Made by a program: the position numbers and the translations under genes | Assembly: GCA_905178155.1 (NCBI GenBank) | Contig: CAJINV010000001.1 | Location: 7,843,599 to 7,907,598 of the forward strand | Direction: 5' to 3' | Length of the DNA stretch: 64,000 nucleotides | Source of the DNA: Amoebophrya sp. A120 | Taxonomy: Eukaryota > Protista > Dinoflagellata | Part shown: in pieces, positions 24,701 to 35,081 of the stretch | Layout of the letters: every line of letters begins with the position of its first letter | How positions within the stretch are numbered: position 1 is the first letter of the stretch | The notes under the pieces: model-generated | What the model saw: only the letters and a program-made list of their open reading frames with translations | Told to the model about the DNA's origin: nothing | The model's database searches: none

Positions 24701-24982
24701 CGGCTGGCCGCAAATACTTTCTTGTTGAAAATGTCGTACCTGCTTGTGGTTCCCGGCCTCTGAGGCAACATGCGAGGTTTCCCACAGTTCGATCGTGGTT
24801 TCGCCGAGGCGAATCTCTTCAGCGAGCTTGCACACCGGCTTCGTTCCGGGCGCCTGACCCCACGAGTCCAGATCCGCAAGATTGTGCTTTCTCAGCCACG
24901 CGCCCAAGTCGCCATTCTCTTTTTCCGCGTAGCCACCGACACGCGTGACGAGTTGCACCTGCGAAGCCCCCGCGCCCGGCAT
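21773..24982 (-). CDS. Protein with two tandem Nudix-fold-like domains of unknown function (4 exons)
   Basis: The motif series TK(P/S)V..L..E...GE..(I/L)ELW, VR(C/V)VHVLRAKV, L(S/T)EKL and S..FPGLLT(L/V)Y(Y/H)LY occurs twice. GT-AG introns lie at about 24738-24587, 24172-23987 and 23760-23570. Confidence 0.65.
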
Positions 24983-25342
24983 CTTGCTTCACTTGCTCGT
25001 TGAATGGATGCTAAGTTTCTTTCTATCTCCCGTAGCTGTAGTTTGTCGATATATCATTTGAGTTCTTGCCAGCACCACCGTGTTTCCATCCTACTAACAT
25101 TCTTTGTACAACTCGGACTCCCTAAATACCGCTCTGACACATCTTTCTCTCTGGATAGTGCACCGGCACATGCAAGAAGCAATCTCCTCGTAGAGACCCG
25201 AGAGCAAGAACAGATCCGAATGGACGACACCGTATGTATGATATCAGGAACCACCATGCGCAGGCGAAAAACTGATCTCAAAGTAGCACGTGGTGCAATT
25301 GCAGCCTTGTTTCTTCCACCCGTACTAGAAAACTACTTTTAC

Positions 25343-28021
25343 TTACTCAGCGCTTGTCCCACTTCCAACGTTTGGATTCCTGCTGAGAGGAATCTCGTAG
25401 TGCAGGGCCCGCGCGTTCTCATGCAGGGCGCCTTGCGTTTGCAAGGCCGCGCGATTGTAAAAGTTCAAGTAGTCAGACGGTCTAGCACGGCCCCCCTGCA
25501 GTGCAGTTTGGTGCGGTCCCCGTACAAGAACGGCGGCGCTCAGCGCGGACGGGTCTGCTGGCATTTCCCGGTAGCTGTCTGGCCTGCCGGTATCCGCGGC
25601 GTGGCGATCCTCTCCGAGAAAGCCGAGCAGCCCGGCCACATGCTCCATTACGCTGCCCACACCGAGCGTGGTCGCGACCACCAGGAAGATGGTGCACGGA
25701 ACGAGCTGCGCGCGCGCGGCGGTTTCCGGTATGCGCAGAGAAAGCGCGAAGGATATGGCCCCGCGCAGACCGGCCACGACCAGAAGGACCTGGCCCTTCC
25801 ACGAGATTGCTGACGACCGCCTGCTGCTGCTCCCGTTTGCGAAAGACGGGTCGGGCACGGCAAAGTCTTGGCTTATGAGATCTCGTCCTCGCGCTCCTCC
25901 ACCCTCGAGATCCGAGTCCCCCCGGGCTCCGCCCGTCAAGCTGCTCCGCAGGTCGACGCCAAGGCCTCCACTGTGATTCCTTACGATTGAGGACGATGCA
26001 GAACTACTTGTACTGTTAGCGGTGGCCCCAGCGCTCCTCGAAGACGTACTAAAACTGGAAGATTCGGAGCTACCGCCTGCACTTCTGTCGCCGGAGCTGG
26101 CGGTCGTAGCTGCACCGGTAGAAGTTGAGGTACCGTCTCCCGTCGACGAAGACGCGCTAGAGCTGCCCCGTGGCAGCAGCTCTCCCTCCATAGAAGTGCT
26201 CGATGTTGTTGACGCAGTAGCTGCTCCACCAGTTGATGAAGCAGAAAAGGTTCGCGCGGACGAGAAGCCGTAGGGGTGCACGAAATTTTTGTGCGCAAAC
26301 TCCGGCGCCTCCGCGGCTGCAGCCGGGCTGGGCAGTTGCAGCAGCTCCCGCTCGTCGGCCAGGGTAAGCACGCTCGGCCGGGCGAGCGCCAGGACTCGCA
26401 GCGCGGCGCGGCGGCAGGAACTCGCCTGCGCGCAGCAATTCAGCACCGCGCTCAGAATGGTTACCTGCACCGCGCGGGCGAAGAAAATCAGAAAGAAACA
26501 CCAGAACAGCAGACTGATGTGCGGGAGAAAGTCTAGCGTGTACATCACGGTGACCAGTCCCAGATAGAAGAACACCAAGCACTCGGACACCAACGCGACG
26601 ATGCTGAGCCCGATCTCCGCGGCCCGCTGCGTTTCCTCGGACAAGCCCTCGCCGAAGACCACCCCGGAGATGAACAAGGCGACGATCCCGGACAGGTCCA
26701 GGATCTGCGCCACCGCGTAGGCCAAATAGCAGCCCAGCAGCATGAGCCCGAGCTCGTAGGGCGGGTGCTTGGAGACCTCGTGCTTCTCGAAAAACAGCTT
26801 CAGTGTGTAGCTCGCCGCAACCCCGATGGCCAGCGAGCACAGAGACACAAACACGAACTCGACGAGGAGAGAGCCGTAGTAGTAACTCTCTTCTTCACCC
26901 ACGGGAAGCTGCACCTGAGGTCCATTGTTCTCCGCCGCTGCTAGGCCTCGCCAGAAATTATGACCGTTAATATTACCAGTCGTTTGTTCGAGTTCTCCTT
27001 CACTTCTAACGCCAACTGTTGACGTTGCGCCAGCAGGATCTGAACTACTACTTCTACCCAGTAGTCGTTTGACAACGTTTCCGCCCACTGGTTCTTGTGT
27101 AGTGGTAGATGAACCACCTGTAGCCCGTAGAATCCGTTCGTACCGGGCGGTGACACTGTCAAATAGCACAATCGCCACGGCGTCGTTTAGAATTGCCTCG
27201 CCAAAGATGACGGACCGGAGCCGCGGCGGAAACTTGTGCTGGAACCGGTTCAGCAACGCGATGGTGGCGACCGGGTCGGTGGCGCTGATGAGGGCGCCGA
27301 ACATGTCGCCCACGATGTGCGGGTGGCGCACCACGGTCCGGAGGTAGAGGTACAGACCCTTGCTGATGACAAACGCCGAAATGCAGGTTCCCACCACAGC
27401 AAACAGCAAAACCTCCTTCAGGTTCTGCCGAAACAGGCTGCGGTCCAGGGAAAACCCGGCTTCGAAGATGATGGGCGGGAGCAACAAGTAGAAAAACAGG
27501 TCCGGGTGAAACTGCAAATCGGCGGTGTTTGTCCAGTGGAAAATTTTCGGCTTGCGGGGTCAGAGGCAGGAATAAGAATACCACATGCGAGCAAAATTTG
27601 CGAGTGACCTGCAAAACAGTGAAAAAATGCACTGCTGAACAAGAAGAAAAAAATCGCATGAAAAACATCTGCAAATCTGGCAGCTCTTTCATCCCCGACC
27701 CTGCAAAAATCGACAATGTTTGCCATGCGTACTGGTCCAGCCATGGCGATATCGTGTGGGCACCAACGGAAATAGCAGGCCCACCAGAAAGCCGACCATC
27801 ATGCACACTCCACTGAGTCCGGGAACCCATTTGGACAAACGGTTTTGGTTGATGCGCAGACCGACGACCAAAATCACGATCAGTAACACGCTAACCGCCA
27901 CGGAGCCCCAAGCCAGCGCATCCGAAAACGGGTCGATGCGCACCTGCTGCAGGCTGGTACTGGAATGCTGAGCGTCAGGCGCCTGGTTTACAAGCGTTCC
28001 CGTGCTGTCACCCGCGGACAT
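25343..28021 (-). CDS. Na+/H+ exchanger (CPA1/NHE-NHX family)
   Basis: FFYLLLPPIIFEAGFSL, FGALISATDPVA, FGEAILNDAVAIV, LSGIVALF and AGLRGAISFAL are present. A 5' exon at 28021-~27770 has TM helices; the exact first intron is unresolved. Confidence 0.9.
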
Positions 28022-28923
28022 CTTGTGGATGACGATTCCGATTCCCCTCTAGAATAATTATTTGGCTTCTGAATCAGTACACATATTACCTGATCGCGCC
28101 GTGGTCTCCGTCTTCTCTGCAAGTTTTGTGGTCGTCAAATTGTCGAAATAACACTTGTTGCAATGCTCGTATCTACAACAACCACAGGGGAAATGAAAAG
28201 TGAACAAGAGCGATAACGAAACAGCACGGTAGTTTTGTTTTTTCTTTTGTAAATTATGCGAAAACCATGAAAGCTAGACGCTGACACTGATTCATCCGCA
28301 TCTATGGGATCCGAGATCGTGAAACTGCAACCGAGCTCGTGATCAAAAAGACTCGCACACAAAAGCAAAAACTCAAAAAAGAACGCCATCGAGAGATGAT
28401 GGCCGCCAAGCGAAGTCCACAACTGGGAATCACAAATCAAGTTCGAAAAGATACGGGCAGAACCCCTTTGTTCTTCTGCCTTCCGAACAATTTCAATTTC
28501 ATCACAGACACAGACAGACTTGTTGGAACACCCGGAAATAAAACGAACCTCGCATAGTATAAATACGTCCTCTGGCCGTACGTGATTCGAAACCAAGAGG
28601 CAGCTTGCTTTCTATTACGTCGCCGCATCGATCTTCTGACAGCTTGCTGCAGGTCCGGGACCGAAAAAGATGGAAAATTCGAGTTCGATGTGAATGTGAC
28701 ACATGGAGAGGACCTAGGAAAATTCACTACGCTGCTGTAGGGCCAGCAATAGAATGACTGCTTGTGGGATTGATGATTGGCATTCTACTCCCCGTAGAAT
28801 AGCTCTACTGGTTGTAGCCACCGTCGACGCACAAGCCCAAAAATTGAAATTAGAAGTAACGTTCGAAGTGCTACAACTGGGAAATGAATGCAAGCGCCTT
28901 CATTTTTGTAAAGCCCTTTGTAA

Positions 28924-29382
28924 CTAGTATCGCTGTCGCTTGGAACTGTAAGTGTAGCTGTAGTCGTCATAATCATCGTCGTCGTCGTCCTCGTCATCGT
29001 CGCTGTACAGGTCCCCGCTGAACACCTCCATGTTCGTCACCCGCCAGGAGTCCAACACCATGAACGAGTCCCGACGGGGGGCGTTGACCTTCGCGCTCTG
29101 GATATCATAAGCGTCCATCTCATAACTGTCCACGCGATGCCCGTCGGCGAAAAACCCGGTCTCCCCGAGGTCGACCGTCGCGCTCAAGGTCACCTGGTCG
29201 TCGTCGTCGTATCGCCGCCGCTTTCGGGAAGCGGCCTCGCAGTTCATCGAAAAATATATTCCTGGGCCAAGCATCCCACCGGAACCGGGACTCATGTGCT
29301 GCTGGTTTATAATGCTCCGAGCGCTCTGCCTATCAGTGGCGTGGTACATAGTTACCTTGCCATTCCAGCGGGAGCCAAGCAT
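28924..29382 (-). CDS. Small PARP-like (Gig2-type) ADP-ribosyltransferase-fold protein
   Basis: MYHAT..A.SI, GMLGPGIYFS and V.L.A.VDLG match the H-Y ART/Gig2 pattern. The gene is intronless with an acidic tail. Confidence 0.75.
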   Translation of the reverse strand: MLGSRWNGKVTMYHATDRQSARSIINQQHMSPGSGGMLGPGIYFSMNCEAASRKRRRYDDDDQVTLSATVDLGETGFFADGHRVDSYEMDAYDIQSAKVNAPRRDSFMVLDSWRVTNMEVFSGDLYSDDDEDDDDDDYDDYSYTYSSKRQRY

Positions 29383-29922
29383 TCTGCGCAGGTAGGTGAG
29401 AGAGTAGTAGGAAAAGGTATATCTAGACTAGGGAGCCTTACTATAGTAAAGTGGCATACGACTTTTTCTGATTTGCGACATCTCTATTGCATCATCATCA
29501 TCATCTGTCTGGCATGATTAGAAAGGTTACTGGAACGGTGTTTATGGCGCTTTCCGTTGTCGGTCACAGCATATCTACAAGTAAATAAGGGCACTAGTAC
29601 GTTGATTGCTATAGTCGTTAAAAAAATGCCCCACTTCCCTCGCAATTTGGCAGGATCTGGCAAAATCTGCGGTCTCATCATGCACACATAATTACGCTTG
29701 GTGATCTCGTTTTTTTGGAACAAAGGTTCCACACGATTACTGCGGACCATCTTTACCATCAACAATCCATCCTCTGTTCGCACAAAAGAAGCAACTGACA
29801 TTTGATCGTGTTTCTCCGACCGTCGAACACCCATTTCTTTGCCACGTTTTAGCGCCCCATCTTTCATTTTTTCGTTCTTGCGTAGCGCGCCACGCAACAG
29901 AACAACGGCATCACACTCATTT

Positions 29923-31128
29923 TCATTTGTCTTTTCTCCACATACTCCGCGAGCCCCCGCGGGCGCTCCCAGCTCTATCATCATTATCTCCCATAGCAGC
30001 CGCACTGCCACTGCCTTTACTCTGTCCGTGGAAGTTACCGAAGCCTGAAGCAAAGGCGCCCGAGTTCTTGTTTTTGTCGCTTTTCTTGTTTCCCTTTTTG
30101 CCTTTTCCCTTAGCAGCTTCCTCCGGTAGCTCGTAGATTGTAACTTCCCACTTCTTTCCCGGGAGCTTTTGCTGCACTTCCCGCGCGAACTCTTCCAGCA
30201 TCTGCTCGTACTTGTTCCAGTCGCCACCCGCCAGTCCGCAGCCGATGTTCTTCGGAAATGCAATGGTCACGATTTCTTGCGGCTCCTGGATCACCTCCAC
30301 GTCTGCCTTTGACGAGGTCTCGGTGGAAAACATTTCATCTTCCCCGCTGGAATCTGTCGAAGGACGAGGCGGCGCTGCGGAGGATGCAGACTTTTCGGCC
30401 GCTACTTCTTCTTTAGATTTCAAAACGACGCTCCCGCTTCTCGATCGCGCTGCCTCGACGTCATTCTCCTGTTGCCCGTCTTCAGCGACTGTCTTCGGTC
30501 CAGGCTTCAAAACGACCGCACCGGTCGACGCCTCACTAGACATTTTGCGCATTTTCTCGTCTCTTGATAACATCTGTACTGGCTTTGACGCAGCGACCAC
30601 TTTCGCCTCTTGCCGCCTCGGTGGTTCAGCTCCGGAACTTCCTGATCGTTGCTTTTCGCATTCGGGCAGCTGGCGCAGGAAATCTAGAAGACTTTTGCGA
30701 AAGTAGCCCTCCCTGACTTCTTTCGTTTCATCCCGACATTTTCCCTTTCCGGGCTGCCCCACATTGTCCTGACCAAATAAATTCACTATTATCGGGTTAT
30801 TACTCTTGCCGGACTTGCCTTCTTGGCCTGGCTCCATGAGCCAGCATTCGCCGGGCGTGCGTTTGCCATATTCGCTCCAGTAAACGTTGCCGTATTCCCA
30901 CTTTTCGTAGATGCCCGCCGCCACTCCTTTGGCTCGTCCATCCATTAGCCGACAGTTGGCTTGGTGCGCGATGTAGTGCGCCTTGCTCTGCAGGAGGTCT
31001 CCGACTGTTTCCCTTAGCTGTTTTGTCGTCATGATGATCCTTTTGCTCTTTTGAAATTTGTGTGGACGCCTCGCGAATTCTGCCTCGTCTGCCGAACCGC
31101 GCTTATTGCTGCTGCTTCCTCCAGTCAT
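29923..31128 (-). CDS. Macrodomain protein (Poa1p/TARG1/DarG-like class) split by a low-complexity insertion
   Basis: GDLL..IAHQANC..AKGVAA.I, IVNLFGQ and IAFPKNIGCGLAGGDW are present. Intronless. Confidence 0.85.
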   Translation of the reverse strand: MTGGSSSNKRGSADEAEFARRPHKFQKSKRIIMTTKQLRETVGDLLQSKAHYIAHQANCRLMDGRAKGVAAGIYEKWEYGNVYWSEYGKRTPGECWLMEPGQEGKSGKSNNPIIVNLFGQDNVGQPGKGKCRDETKEVREGYFRKSLLDFLRQLPECEKQRSGSSGAEPPRRQEAKVVAASKPVQMLSRDEKMRKMSSEASTGAVVLKPGPKTVAEDGQQENDVEAARSRSGSVVLKSKEEVAAEKSASSAAPPRPSTDSSGEDEMFSTETSSKADVEVIQEPQEIVTIAFPKNIGCGLAGGDWNKYEQMLEEFAREVQQKLPGKKWEVTIYELPEEAAKGKGKKGNKKSDKNKNSGAFASGFGNFHGQSKGSGSAAAMGDNDDRAGSARGGSRSMWRKDK

Positions 31129-31721
31129 CGCAGATGGGGCACATGATAAGTTTTTCGTCGCAACAATTCTTGTTTGATTGCGGGCTAGAGCACCGAAGAT
31201 GGTATTTCGACAAATTGCTATGTAAATAAATTATCGCTGTCCTTTACGAAGAGCCAGACCAGTCCTATAAAATCTGTATGTGACATAATGAAAGAAAAGC
31301 GGCTCGTGAAAAAGACCATCTCGATTTACGGCGATTTTCAATTTCTTCACTTCATTTACGAGACTGCACTACAAAAGATCTTCTGCATATCGTCTTCACA
31401 ATTTGGTGGTGTTTGAGTATTTGCTTTCCCAGTGTCGTGCAGTTGCCGTATACATCACGGTGGAACACAACTCCACAGAGTAAAAGCGCGCCTGTCCACC
31501 ATACAGTGTTTTTCTTTTATTTTCTGTATTTTACCATAAAATGAAAGTGGTCGCCATGAGGTATACTCAGTGTAGTTTGATTTTGTCGCTCATCAGTAAA
31601 GTTCATTCGCTCGCTAAGCCGATGAAAGAACGCGATTGAAACGAAACAGAATCGCTTCTTCTCCGTCGGCGTCTCTAAAGCGAACTTTTTCGGTAACAAT
31701 CAAACCGTGGCCAGTGGCTTC

Positions 31722-34259
31722 TCATCTTCCGTACGACAATCCTGGTCGTTCGCGCAGAAGCTGTGCCGCCCGGATCAGCAGCTGGGGCCGCGCCATGGGG
31801 ATCACGGTTTCCAAAGCTTCGTCAGCCCAGGCGATGATAGCGATGTCGTTGTCCACACAGAGGATGCACGTGCCAGTCAAGCCGTGCAGTCGCGATGAAA
31901 CATCAGAGTTGGCATTTTCATCTTGTTCACGACACTCGGGGACCATGAAACTGCTCCGCATGATATCCGCACCCGAACTCGTCCAAACTTCCACTTCATC
32001 GAAGCTAAAGTGCACGCCCTTCCATCCGAACCTGTCGAACTTCGACAGAAATTTGCTTCCTCCGACGCGCAACAGCCTGTTCCCAAAGCACGACAACGCG
32101 TCTGGCTGGCTTACCAGCAGCGCACACGCCTCCTGACAGAATTGCACATTGAGCTTGGGGTAGTTCTTCTTCCGCTGCCCCTGCAAAGTGTAGCACCACG
32201 CGCCTTGGAGAGAGTCGAAAACCGCAAAGTCTCCTTCTCCCAAATCTGGTGCGCGCTCAGTGTACCACCAGGCGGGCACGCCGAAACCGACAATTTTCAA
32301 CTTGCAATCATGATTCATCTGCGCCGCAGATTTCAGCCGCAGTAGCATGTCCCGTGCCGCAGCGGACACACAACTTACACAACTTGTGGAACTCTTTTCC
32401 CCAACCTGCGCCCGGACATAGACAGTGTTCTGAATTTTCCGCTGAAGAAATTTGTGCTCTGGTAACACAACAACCGTTTCAGGCCCCGTCGATGAATCAG
32501 CATTAATTACGTTTACGCAAGTACGTGCGCCGCAACTGGAAGCATCAAGCGCTTCCCCTCGCTTCGCCAAAACCGTGAGAAAAAAGCCCCCCGTTTGCCT
32601 ACTTGGCCACAGACGAATTGGCGCCGAACTACCCTTACCCACCCGCTCGTATACAACTTTTTCTGATGTTGCTCTTGCACGATTTCTTTCCAGAACATTT
32701 CTAACCACCTCCTCGTTCTCCATCGTGTTCATGGCGCAGGTGGAGTAGACGATCCGCCCCCCGTTCCGTACATGCCGGCACCCATTCCGAAAAATTTCTT
32801 CTTGTAACTTGGTGTGTCGCGCCGCCTGCTGTGGGGACCATTTTTGCCGCTTGTTTTGGTTCTTCCGGACCGTCCCCTCCGAGCTGCAGGGCACGTCGCA
32901 GAGAACGAGGTCAAACTGGTCTGCCCCGAAGTTTGTCGTCGCCGCGTCGGCGCACGTGACCACCAAATGTTTGCACAGCTCCGGGTGGAGCTGCTTCGCG
33001 CGCTGCAACAGCTGCTCGCAACGATACGGGCAGACGTCGTTCGCCACCACGACAAAGTCCGTTGCGCACTTGGACGCCTCCTCGAGCAGTTGGCACGTTT
33101 TGCTGCCCGGGGCCGCGCACAGGTCGAGGATGCGCAGCTTCGCGTTGCTGTTCCTTTCCAGAAAGCCGTCCAACAGGTACTGTACCGGTGCCATGGACGC
33201 AATTTCTTGCTGACAGACTTCCCCGCAAATTTTTCGCAGATACAGCTCCGCGGGCGACAGGCTTGGCTGGACTTGAAATCGGAGGGACGATTTTTGGAAA
33301 AAGGAAAAAAGCTCGGGGTTGTCCAAGACAGGGGGGGTGTGAGCGGCTCCGGTGATGTTGCTGTTCTTGGTTTTTACTTTGCTATCAATGTCTTGCTTAG
33401 TGTCGAGGTGCATAGATGTTGCAAGAGCTTGTTTCGACGGTTCTTGTTTCCTTGAATTGCCTATGACAAAGTTGCATCCTGGTCCCGTCGTGTTCTCCCG
33501 TAGAGTCAAGGGTAAAGGCAAATCCAATGTCTGCTCACAGCTGGCTTTTCGCCATTGTGCGCGTAGCTCGAGGTCGGGGTGGCTTGCGTAATAGGCATCG
33601 AGGTTTGAGCAAGGTTCTCCGATTTCTACTCCTACATCATGTTCGTGAACAAGATGCTCTCCGTCTTTGTCGCTATTGCAACTGCTTCGTCCTCCGGTCC
33701 CGTCTTGCGCGGACTGCATCATTCGCCTCCGAAGCGGCGTCCGGGCGGCATTCGCATTTGTGGTGTCATCTGGATGCTTCAAGCCCGACCCTCGTCCATC
33801 GCCTATGCTCTTGTTGTGTTGGTCCACCAACAAATCGAAACACAGTAGACCCTCGTACTCGCGATAGTCACTGCCTTCATTATTCCCAAGAAACGCCGCT
33901 GCTGCGTCCATCACCGGCACACTGACCACATCTCCCGGTGACACAAAAAAATCGTTGGGCTGCGGCGCTCCGTTCACACAAACCAGCCTCTGTTCGCAGG
34001 CCTTGTGTGCTGCATGTGCCGCATTTGGAAATCCAAACGGGACGGCGTTTTCTGACACGCCGCACTCCAAGCGAAAATTGTAGGCCACAAAACGCACTAG
34101 CCGCTCCGCCCGGTGGGCAACCACGCACAGTCGGGTCTGGTTTCGATCACCATTACTGCCAGATGGAGGGCAAGCCGTCGCCGCGAGCACAGCCGGATCT
34201 TTGTGCTGTCGTTCTGCTACCTTCCAAAGCTTCGAAGCAGGCGAAACGAAATGAAACAT
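31722..34259 (-). CDS. RNA cytosine-5 methyltransferase (RsmB/NOP2/NSUN family, NSUN2/Trm4-like) with an N-terminal S4-like domain
   Basis: QQEIASMAP, LDLCAAPGSKT, VVAND, DLVLCDVPCS and IVYSTC..ENE are present. The N-terminal RLVRFVA..A.KAC....VCVNG..VSPGDVV resembles S4. Confidence 0.9.
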   Translation of the reverse strand: MFHFVSPASKLWKVAERQHKDPAVLAATACPPSGSNGDRNQTRLCVVAHRAERLVRFVAYNFRLECGVSENAVPFGFPNAAHAAHKACEQRLVCVNGAPQPNDFFVSPGDVVSVPVMDAAAAFLGNNEGSDYREYEGLLCFDLLVDQHNKSIGDGRGSGLKHPDDTTNANAARTPLRRRMMQSAQDGTGGRSSCNSDKDGEHLVHEHDVGVEIGEPCSNLDAYYASHPDLELRAQWRKASCEQTLDLPLPLTLRENTTGPGCNFVIGNSRKQEPSKQALATSMHLDTKQDIDSKVKTKNSNITGAAHTPPVLDNPELFSFFQKSSLRFQVQPSLSPAELYLRKICGEVCQQEIASMAPVQYLLDGFLERNSNAKLRILDLCAAPGSKTCQLLEEASKCATDFVVVANDVCPYRCEQLLQRAKQLHPELCKHLVVTCADAATTNFGADQFDLVLCDVPCSSEGTVRKNQNKRQKWSPQQAARHTKLQEEIFRNGCRHVRNGGRIVYSTCAMNTMENEEVVRNVLERNRARATSEKVVYERVGKGSSAPIRLWPSRQTGGFFLTVLAKRGEALDASSCGARTCVNVINADSSTGPETVVVLPEHKFLQRKIQNTVYVRAQVGEKSSTSCVSCVSAAARDMLLRLKSAAQMNHDCKLKIVGFGVPAWWYTERAPDLGEGDFAVFDSLQGAWCYTLQGQRKKNYPKLNVQFCQEACALLVSQPDALSCFGNRLLRVGGSKFLSKFDRFGWKGVHFSFDEVEVWTSSGADIMRSSFMVPECREQDENANSDVSSRLHGLTGTCILCVDNDIAIIAWADEALETVIPMARPQLLIRAAQLLRERPGLSYGR

Positions 34260-35081
34260 GTTTTTTATGGGGAGGATTACTTAATAGATTTAAAATCTGA
34301 ACCAAACGTCTCTCGCTCGTCTGTTGACGGACTCATGTTCTGATTTTTTTTCCCATACGGTAAGTTAGAATGCCTGGGCCCGATCGCCATTTTTATGGTC
34401 TCACATCTATCCTCTTGCCTATCTGCCGCCAGCTTGGGTGTGTCGCCTGTCTTTGTGAAAACCAAACAAACGAAAATTCCGGCCAGTATGAACCACGTTC
34501 AGAAAACTCGTGGGATCTTCAATTTGAAGATTTACCAAAAAGAACTGGATGCTGTTGACAGGGAACGTTTATTCCAACAACACTTCCAACCTCTGCCTCA
34601 TGCTTCTACTTGTTCTGCACGATTATGTTATCATCCGTGATCATTAGATGTGAAAGAGAGATTCTGAAGATTTCAGTTTGCGCTTTGAGATTTTCTGATT
34701 ACATTTACAATTTTAACAACAGCAAGCCAACATCAAACACGCACGTCTGTGAGACGAACGACCCACTCTTCTCACCCGCCTTGCTCCCTTTCCTGCTCCA
34801 TGACAAAACGGTGGAGGTTATCCTGACCAAAAACGTCCCCACACCGGAGTCAAGATCTGCTAGACAAATCAACAAGCTCTGGCACTTTCACATGACAAGT
34901 TCTTTGCCCTCATAGTGTAATCCTGTTTGGGTAATTCAGCAGCATCACAGATCTAGCACATCATGCTGAGTCCAGCATCACAAACTCCAAAACACGACTA
35001 CAAAAAGACTCTCATGGGGCTCTGCATGAGAAACATTTTAAGCATGCAGATTTGCATGACAAAGCTGGGGTGGGGACGTTT

